The notes below the pieces were generated by a model. That model was not told the DNA's origin and did no database searches. It saw only the letters and a list, made by a program, of their open reading frames with translations. A stretch of DNA of 64,000 nucleotides from Diplonema japonicum (lineage: Eukaryota; Protista; Euglenozoa: Diplonemea). Location of the stretch: positions 1 through 64,000 of the forward strand of contig OZ025687.1 in NCBI GenBank assembly GCA_964019335.1, read 5' to 3'. Made by a program: the position numbers and the translations under genes. Shown in pieces: positions 1 through 7,351 of this stretch; within the stretch, counting starts at the first letter, position 1; every line of letters starts with the position of its first letter.

Positions 1-421
1 GGGTTTGCGGGTTGCGGGTTTGCGGGTTTGCGGGTTTGCGGGTTGCGGGTTTGCGGGTTTTGCGGGTTTGCGGGTTTGCGGGTTTGCGGGTTTGCGGGTT
101 TGCGGGTTTGCGGGTTTGCGGGTTTGCGGGTTTGCGGGTTTGCGGGTTTGCGGTTTGCGGGTTTGCGGGTTTGCGGGTTTGCGGGTTTGCGGGTTTGCGG
201 GTTTGCGGGTTTGCGGGTTTGCGGGTTTGCGGGTTTGCGGGTTTGCGGGTTGGGGTTTGCGGGTTTGCGGGTTTGCGGGTTTGCGGGTTTGCGGGTTTGC
301 GGGTTTGCGGGTTTGCGGGTTTGCGGGTTTGCGGGTTTGCGGGTTTGCGGGTTTGCGGGTTTGCGGGTTTGCGGGTTTGCGGGTTTGCGGGTTTGCGGGT
401 TTGCGGGTTTGCGGGTTTGCG
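1..421 (+). repeat. Tandem 8-mer array (GGGTTTGC)n, telomere-like/microsatellite, ~52 copies
   Basis: Directly visible near-perfect repeat with a few single-base indel variants; it runs off the window start. Confidence 0.95.
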
Positions 422-432
422 TTGGTTTTTTT

Positions 433-503
433 AAAAAGGGGGACTTGAGAAAATAAATAAAAAGGGGGACTTGAGAAAATAAATAAAAAGGGGGACTTGA
501 GAA
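433..503. repeat. 26-bp tandem repeat (GGGGGACTTGAGAAAATAAATAAAAA), ~2.6 copies
   Basis: GGGGGACTTGAGAA recurs at 438, 464 and 490. Confidence 0.9.
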
Positions 504-1152
504 TGTTTTTTTTTTTTTTTTTTTTCTTCAAAAGACACACAAGGCACGATAAATCTTAAGAGAAAATAAAAATATTCCAAAACAGACAATCAAGTTCCAA
601 CCTGGGAGGAAGGCATGGGTTTCTCTTTTTCTTTATGGGAGGGAGAGGGGAAGAAGAAGAAGCAACTCCAAATGATAAAAATTCAAAAATAAAAATCTCA
701 AAAAAGGCTTAAAAGAAGAAGAGGCAAATTCAAAAACATACTAGGGAGGAATGAGTGGGGCAGGGGGTAAAATTTAGGAGGGGGAAAGAGGGAGAATCAA
801 AAAAGGGGAAAGGGGCAGAGTGACCAATGTCCATGCGAAAAAGCATAGAGCGGGGGAAGAAGAAAATCAAAAACAGGAAAAACACATCACCACAAAAGAA
901 AAAAGAAAAAAAAAAAAAAAAACGTCGACCGAGATGGTTCCACTTCAAAAAGAAAAAGAAAAAGAAAAACAGAAAAATAAAAAAAAAAAAAAAAAAAAAG
1001 GAAAAACAAAAAGAAAAAAAAAAAAAAAGGAAAAAAAAAAAAAATCTAAGTGGTTCTATCTAGCCTGGCCGTTGTAGCACCTGTTCCTATTCTTTTATTT
1101 TTCCCTTTTTTTTTTCTCAGAAAAAAAAAAAAAAAAGTTTCACATCTTCCTA

Positions 1153-1190
1153 TGGCGGGGGGGGGGAGAACAGCCCCCCACACCCCCGCT
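1153..1190 (-). other. GC-rich stem-loop immediately 3' of the ORF2 stop (candidate 3' RT-recognition structure)
   Basis: Sense strand GC-GGGGG-TGT-GGGGGG-CTGTTCT-C10-GC can fold into a ~12 bp hairpin with a bulge; the function is inferred. Confidence 0.5.
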
Positions 1191-1193
1191 GGC

Positions 1194-4100
1194 CTATCTG
1201 GCCAGCGAGCCTTTGGACCTCTTCTTGTGGGGTATGGGCCCCACCCGTGCCCTCCCCGACTCGAGCTGCAGCCAAGCCACCGCACTGTTCACCGGGGCCC
1301 AGTTCTCCTTGTTGCGCACCTTGACCGTGTCCCGCACCAGGTCGTCGCTCCCCAGCTCTTCCATCAACCTGTGCTCCGCCAAGAACTTGAACTGGGGCCC
1401 GGTCATCCCCTTGAGCTCACCCCTGCATATGTTGGCTTCGACCACGGTGCCATCCGCCCCCGTACCCTTCAGATAGATGTAGCCACCCTCCACACAATCC
1501 GAGTCAGTACTGGCCGATCGGGCCCGGGCCCGCTTCTTGTCCTTCTTGCTCCACTTCAGCTCTTCCAGGGTGGGGAGGTCCGTGGCAACCACCTCAGGCC
1601 GCCTCTCCCTGTCTTCCTCCTTCTTCCGGGCCAACAGCCCAAGGTACCTCTCAAAGGAGACGTCCTCGAACAACCCCGGGACCGTCACCACCGCTGACTG
1701 CAGGTCGACCTCTTCAACACCCATCTTCCGCAGATGGTCCTGGACAGTGCGCCTCGTCTCCTTCTCGCAGGGCCCCCTCCCCTCGTAGACGTCGAGGGTG
1801 ACCTTCCTTCCATCCCTCACCCACGCCTTCACTTTGATCAGGTCCTTGACCTTTCCCACTGGGGCCCTTATCCTTGCGTCGCACCTCTCCAAGAACTCAC
1901 GTAGTGTCACCTTGGTAGCGCCGGCTCCCGCCGCAATGCCCACTACCCCTTCCTTCCCCGGTGTCGGGTGGTGTCTGCACCCCCGGGTCTGCAACTTGAC
2001 CACCCTCCATGCCGTTTCCAGAGTCCCCTTGAGCACGCCACCCTTGAAACGAACAGGTTGCACCGCCGAACACCCACACGCGTACGTGATCTGGAAATCC
2101 TGGACCGTCCTCGGGAACTCGAACTCGCGGTATGTTTCCGACTTCTGCACCTCACAACCCACAATGCGGCTGCGGCGCTCTCCGTCCGACCCACCTTCCA
2201 AGCTTGCGAAGTACTGCTTTACCATCATGTATCCAAGTCCAGCGATACCAATCTGGCCAGCCATAGCCACCTCCAGTGGAACACCCAGCGACTCGGCCTT
2301 CGCAAGAAGCATCTCCTCAGTCCTCTCCCTTCCAGGGTCCGTTCCTTCTTCAAGGATGATCTCCACCCGGCCCTCGAACTGGATGATGAACTTGAGCAGT
2401 CGGTCCCCCGGCCTCGCCCTCAGTGGCACCATCGCTCTCGGAATTGGGATGCCCATCACCACATCAATCGGGTCAAGCTGAACGAAGTCTCCCCCTACTT
2501 CCACCTGCTGTTCCCTTTCCGGTGCCCCGACTCCCATCAGCTGATCTCCCTCCGGCGTCTGGATCCCACCCCTAGGTGTGTCAGGCCCCGACTGGCTGCC
2601 TCCGCTCGGTGCGTTCCCGCCCTCTTTGGTCCCTTCGGGGGCGTCATCCGCCTGCGGCTTCAGAGTCCTCCCACCGCCCTGTCTCTTCGCAGCTTGTTCC
2701 CTACAGAATTCGCTCACGGTCATCTTCCTCGTAGCAGTTGTCGCACTCTGGTCCCCCTTGTTCGAGTCCCTCTGGGCCTCCGTATCCCCCTTAGGACACT
2801 GGTCCAAGGTCTGGTTCACCGCAGCGTCAGTCGCCCCTTGTCTCTTCCCATCTTCCTGGGCCTTCGGGTCAAGCTCCCCTCCCTGCCCAGCCCTCTCGCT
2901 GGATCCTGTTCCGACCATCTCCGTGTCTTCTCCTCCCGGCGAGGCTGCTTCGAGTCCTGCTCCCGCTTTCCCTTGTGTTCCACCCTCCACCGGTTCCGCC
3001 TTTCGCTGCTGCTGCATTCGGGCGTCCAGGTCCTTCTTCGTCTGCTCCAGAAGGGCATCCAGCTGGTGGGCCACCGTGATTGGGGGTCCGCCTCCCTGTC
3101 CCTTCACTTCCCTCTCGGACGACTCCTCAGCTTCGGTGGTTTTTTCATTGCCGAAGGAGTCCTCTGTGAGGTCAGTGTTGGATTCAGTGTTGGGTTCGTT
3201 GTTCGCTTCCTCGTTGTCCTTTTTTTCCTCTTCGCCGTCCGGTACCGGGGGCCCTGGATCCAACTGTACAGGCCCTTTGACTAACAGCGCCCCTGCTATC
3301 GATCTCATCATGGCCGTTGACACCTCTTGGACCACACGCCTGTGTATCGAGACTCTGTCCCCGTGAGCCCGCGCAGCTATGCTCCTGGACAGTTTCTTCG
3401 TGAGGTAGACTGCTGCCTCCCCGAACCCCCCAAAGGTCTCCATCGCGAAAGGTACAAAGGCCACGCGTGTCTTGGCGAGCTCCGCCTCATACTTCTGGCG
3501 CTTGTAGTGTTCCGCCTTCGCCGCTGCGTATCCCGCAGTCTTCGCCGCCTGGTTGACACAAGACTCGTTCCTCGGGTGCACGATGACCACGTCCATAGCC
3601 ATTGGGCGGGAACCCCCCACCCCACCTGGGAAGAACACGTCCGCCGGGCGCTGGGACGACCCCGGGATCAGCCCCGTCTTCTCCATCGTTGCGCTCACCC
3701 CGGCCCACTGACAGTGTCTGTGGATGGTCTCCTTCACCCGGTCGTGCCTCGCAATCCTGGCGTTGCCGCATCCCTGGGCATGGTCACCCCATACGTCCAT
3801 CCCCTCAGTCTTGCACCTCGGGTCGTGGCAGCTCTCACCCTGCTTGTAGACCGGAGCCCCCAACCACCACTTGATCAGAGCCCCAAACTCGTTGTCCGAC
3901 AGCTGGTTGTAGAAGTCAGGCGTCGCCGTCAACCACGCTCCCGCATAGTGCATTGACTCCGACATCAACCTCGCTCTCGAGCGTGCATCTGCTTTCGCCA
4001 AGAGGTCCTCCAGCGCCTTCTCATCAAGCACCCTAGAGAGCCACCTCTGGCTGCAGATGTGGGGGGCCTTGGCCACCATGTCGGGTGTAATCTGCATGCC

Positions 4101-7100
4101 GCCCTTCGTCCTGTTGAACCACTCGAGCCAACTCCCCCATACACCCCCTTCCAGCCCATGTTCGTATTTGGGATCCAGCTCCTTGCACAGCTTCATCGTC
4201 GACGCCCTCGAAGCCATGTTGGCCGCGCGCAGGTGCTCCTGGCAGCTCCTCATCCCAAGCCCACCGACTTTTACGGACAGTTTCGCCTGCTGCCATTCTT
4301 TCGACCCGTTCTCGAACTGCATGCCGCACACCTTCGACATCGTCTTCCGCACCATCTCGTCGAACCTGTGCATGACCCCTCCCACATGCGAGTCTGGGAC
4401 CACTCTCATGTAAAACACCAGTTTGCTGTATGAGCTGCAATACCGGAGAAGTGTGTACCCTGTCTGCCTCCCCACCTTGGTCAGCATGTCGAAGTTCTCT
4501 TCCAGCGCGTCCAAGCGTTTGTTCAGAAAGGCTTGCGTGTACTCCGGCGATCCTATCGGCGCCCCCAGGAGCATGAAGTTCCTCTCTTTGTGGAAATTCT
4601 CTTCTGTCAGGCCATCGAAGCCTGTGTCCTCCACTGTCTGGGGGAGGTCGCCACTAACCCATATGAGCTCGCACTTCTGGGGTTTCACTTTCAGCCCTAT
4701 CATTCCGCTCAGCTCACACAAGATGTTGTACGCCTTTCTCACTTCATCCACATTCCCCACAAGGACGCCATCGTCCAGGTAGAACTGGAGGATGTCCAGG
4801 TTGCAGTCTTCACTTATCTTGTTCACCAGGGGTTGGATGGCCAGAGAGAACAGCAGCGGTCCCATCGGGTCCCCCTGTTGCACCCCTTCCTGGGACTTAA
4901 TCACCTTTCCGTTGTAGTATAATTGGGAGGGCACCCTGTAGCACCAATCGGCCCACGCATACAGCCCCGACGCTTGCTCATAGGCCTGTGAGCACAGCTG
5001 CCTCCGACAAACACTGTTGAAGGCGTTGGCGTAGTCGATCTTGAGGATCACCTTGTTTTCCTGCTTGTTGCCCCGTTCCCTGTCCACATACTGCCTGATG
5101 GTGTGTATAGCCGCCTCCATTCCAGCAGGGACCGATACCCCCACCTGGCCGCCTTTCTTCAGGTACGAAGAGGCCACTTCCGGAGCGATCTTCTTCACAA
5201 GGGATTTCCCCACCAGCCGACGCAGCACATCCCCAACGGCTATGGGCCGCACGTCCCTGTCGTTCTTCTTGAGGGCCACAAGGTTCGCCCCTGCCATCAG
5301 CGGAGCCACCTCCCTAGGGGCCGTGCCTCTAGCTAATGCGTTGACTGCCCTCGTCACCGACATCAAACAGCCTTGAGACTCAAAAGCTCCGTCCACCGCG
5401 TCCTTGATGTGCTGGGCTCTCAGACCAGTCGGTCCCGCAGCAGTCCCCCTCGGGAAGTCCCTGATTGCGTCCAGCACTTCTTCTGGCAAGACTTCTACCG
5501 CTTCCTTCGTCTTCGCCGGGTTGTCCCATTGGGGGTGTAGTGGCTCTGGATGTTTGCTCTGCAGCGCTCTCCAGCAATCCTCATTGTCTTCCGCCAGCCC
5601 CTGGGCTACAAGCGCCGCGTTTCCTGCCGAGAACCTCCCTTTGCTGCACAGTTCCGTGGCCCTGGCGACCTTAGAGACCTCGTCGTTCTTAGGTTCCCCC
5701 TTCTCACCTGATTCCAGCTTATTCCAGAGGGCCATGTAATTTCCCTTCTCCCACTCCTCCAATCTGGCCTGGACACTCAGCTCCGTCTCCTTGTCCCGCT
5801 TCTTCCCTCCCCTCTTCTTCCACAGGCAGGCTTTGGGGAGCATCGCCACCAGCAGCCAAGCCTCCTCTGTGTTGTCCTTCACCGCCCGGCCCAGAGTGTG
5901 CTTAAGGGTAAGCCCCCACAGTCTTTGAAGGCTCGTCGGGATCGACCCCATGGTCGTGACGTTCATGGCGGCTATGGCTTCCAGGCTGGGTAACTCGGTC
6001 CTCGTCGGGGCCGGCGGGGGGGTCGTGTATTCCCCTTCCCTTCGCACCGCCTTTTTGCACTCGTCGTGGCACCCCTGACCCTTCCACACACAGCCCCTGC
6101 ACACCAGGCACCTCTCGAGGTCCAGTCTCCTCAGAACGCTCTCCGGGATCTCATCACTCTCCAGGTGCCCATCCAGGTGACACTTCCATACCCTTGTCGA
6201 GTTGAACGGGGTCGTGCTTTTGCACTTCGACCTAGCGCAGTTCGCCACCGGACAGTACAGGAATTGCTGGTTCCTTGCCCCCATCTGGTCCAACACCCCT
6301 GCCTTCCCGTATCCAGGGATCGCACGGTCTATTATGTCCCACTCCCCGATGTCCTCACCCGGGGCCTCGGAGGGTTGCTTACCTGCCTTTTGTAGAGCTA
6401 CCGATTGGGACTCATCAAGGAGCATCATCATCGACTCCTCCTCTCCGACTGCATACTCGTAGTGGTTGCCGTTGTACGCCAGCACCACCACCTTCTCGTG
6501 GTCGGAGTTGTACTCCCCTATCATCAGGACTGGGTTGTTCCCCCCAGCAACCACGAGTATCGTGCGGCCAAACGCTTGTGCTGCGGCTGCCAGGCACAAG
6601 TGGTCTCCCCACGTCGCTGCTGTGCCCATCCCTTCCAAGTACCGGTCCCAACCCTCACTGCAAAACGGGGCATAGTGCTCCTCCCGGTGTTTCATCCATT
6701 CTACAACCTCGCTCCTGATGTGGGTGTGGTCGCCGTAGGCTTCCCCGAGCGAACCGGCCAGGGCGTGGAACATGCAGTTCCCGTCCTTCTCCGTCGATCT
6801 CCTCGTCAGCTTGAAGCTCTTCATGATCTCGTCCACTGACTTGCCGGCCCTGGGTTGTTTGTCGGGGTTCCACAGATTCCGCTGCCTGTGTAGTGCACAG
6901 TGCGTCTGGTTCGACGAGCACGCCGCAGCACACGTTCCACAGAGGTTCACCTTCATGCTCCTCGCCTGCTCTTGTTTCACAAAATGATGGTGGACCGCAT
7001 TGAGGTGTTTAACTAGACAGCTTGCCACACTGGTGCGGAAAGAGCAGTCTTCCATCCGGCATTGATGTTTGTCTGATCCTTCTTTTTCCCCCTCCTTCTG

Positions 7101-7307
7101 CGCCTCCATGTGCTCATCATCCAAATCCATGGGGGGAGGGTCACCACCTCCTTGCAACGCGTCCCCTGCCAGCGTCAAGTCCGCAAAGGGGTCCAGGTGT
7201 TCGGCCTGAAAGAGCTTATCCTCCGTCTCGGCTCGTTCCTTCGCCGCTTGCTTGGCGTCTTCCTTCTTTTTTCTGCGTCTTGAGCTTCTAGGCGGGCCCA
7301 AGTACAC
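1194..7307 (-). CDS. Retrotransposon polyprotein: C2H2/Cys Zn fingers + OTU cysteine protease + reverse transcriptase + CCHC + restriction-like endonuclease + C-terminal extension (first ATG at 7130; frame open from 7364)
   Basis: C2H2 CRMEDC..HLNAVH; OTU DGNCMFHAL..WGDHL..NGNHY; RT motifs AAGPTG, RPIAVG, KIDYANAFNS, GVQQGDPMGP, FYLDD, LLGAPIG; GGLG thumb; CHDPRC..DHAQGC, RHD, RPAD..D..AE..K..KY, METFG. Confidence 0.95.
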   Translation of the reverse strand: MYLGPPRSSRRRKKKEDAKQAAKERAETEDKLFQAEHLDPFADLTLAGDALQGGGDPPPMDLDDEHMEAQKEGEKEGSDKHQCRMEDCSFRTSVASCLVKHLNAVHHHFVKQEQARSMKVNLCGTCAAACSSNQTHCALHRQRNLWNPDKQPRAGKSVDEIMKSFKLTRRSTEKDGNCMFHALAGSLGEAYGDHTHIRSEVVEWMKHREEHYAPFCSEGWDRYLEGMGTAATWGDHLCLAAAAQAFGRTILVVAGGNNPVLMIGEYNSDHEKVVVLAYNGNHYEYAVGEEESMMMLLDESQSVALQKAGKQPSEAPGEDIGEWDIIDRAIPGYGKAGVLDQMGARNQQFLYCPVANCARSKCKSTTPFNSTRVWKCHLDGHLESDEIPESVLRRLDLERCLVCRGCVWKGQGCHDECKKAVRREGEYTTPPPAPTRTELPSLEAIAAMNVTTMGSIPTSLQRLWGLTLKHTLGRAVKDNTEEAWLLVAMLPKACLWKKRGGKKRDKETELSVQARLEEWEKGNYMALWNKLESGEKGEPKNDEVSKVARATELCSKGRFSAGNAALVAQGLAEDNEDCWRALQSKHPEPLHPQWDNPAKTKEAVEVLPEEVLDAIRDFPRGTAAGPTGLRAQHIKDAVDGAFESQGCLMSVTRAVNALARGTAPREVAPLMAGANLVALKKNDRDVRPIAVGDVLRRLVGKSLVKKIAPEVASSYLKKGGQVGVSVPAGMEAAIHTIRQYVDRERGNKQENKVILKIDYANAFNSVCRRQLCSQAYEQASGLYAWADWCYRVPSQLYYNGKVIKSQEGVQQGDPMGPLLFSLAIQPLVNKISEDCNLDILQFYLDDGVLVGNVDEVRKAYNILCELSGMIGLKVKPQKCELIWVSGDLPQTVEDTGFDGLTEENFHKERNFMLLGAPIGSPEYTQAFLNKRLDALEENFDMLTKVGRQTGYTLLRYCSSYSKLVFYMRVVPDSHVGGVMHRFDEMVRKTMSKVCGMQFENGSKEWQQAKLSVKVGGLGMRSCQEHLRAANMASRASTMKLCKELDPKYEHGLEGGVWGSWLEWFNRTKGGMQITPDMVAKAPHICSQRWLSRVLDEKALEDLLAKADARSRARLMSESMHYAGAWLTATPDFYNQLSDNEFGALIKWWLGAPVYKQGESCHDPRCKTEGMDVWGDHAQGCGNARIARHDRVKETIHRHCQWAGVSATMEKTGLIPGSSQRPADVFFPGGVGGSRPMAMDVVIVHPRNESCVNQAAKTAGYAAAKAEHYKRQKYEAELAKTRVAFVPFAMETFGGFGEAAVYLTKKLSRSIAARAHGDRVSIHRRVVQEVSTAMMRSIAGALLVKGPVQLDPGPPVPDGEEEKKDNEEANNEPNTESNTDLTEDSFGNEKTTEAEESSEREVKGQGGGPPITVAHQLDALLEQTKKDLDARMQQQRKAEPVEGGTQGKAGAGLEAASPGGEDTEMVGTGSSERAGQGGELDPKAQEDGKRQGATDAAVNQTLDQCPKGDTEAQRDSNKGDQSATTATRKMTVSEFCREQAAKRQGGGRTLKPQADDAPEGTKEGGNAPSGGSQSGPDTPRGGIQTPEGDQLMGVGAPEREQQVEVGGDFVQLDPIDVVMGIPIPRAMVPLRARPGDRLLKFIIQFEGRVEIILEEGTDPGRERTEEMLLAKAESLGVPLEVAMAGQIGIAGLGYMMVKQYFASLEGGSDGERRSRIVGCEVQKSETYREFEFPRTVQDFQITYACGCSAVQPVRFKGGVLKGTLETAWRVVKLQTRGCRHHPTPGKEGVVGIAAGAGATKVTLREFLERCDARIRAPVGKVKDLIKVKAWVRDGRKVTLDVYEGRGPCEKETRRTVQDHLRKMGVEEVDLQSAVVTVPGLFEDVSFERYLGLLARKKEEDRERRPEVVATDLPTLEELKWSKKDKKRARARSASTDSDCVEGGYIYLKGTGADGTVVEANICRGELKGMTGPQFKFLAEHRLMEELGSDDLVRDTVKVRNKENWAPVNSAVAWLQLESGRARVGPIPHKKRSKGSLAR

Positions 7308-7351
7308 CGGCAGGTAGTGACCTCTCGATCCGCGTCTTGTCTTCCTCAGCT

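Noticed and set aside
5-456. Three ORFs with GLRVCGFA repeats
   Set aside because: Translation artefacts of the 8-bp tandem repeat.
1-503. CRISPR array or canonical left telomere
   Set aside because: No spacers; the G-rich strand orientation is opposite to that of a left chromosome end.
730-1077. Poly-Lys/poly-Phe ORFs (also at 59060-61187)
   Set aside because: They arise from A/T homopolymer tracts in non-coding DNA.
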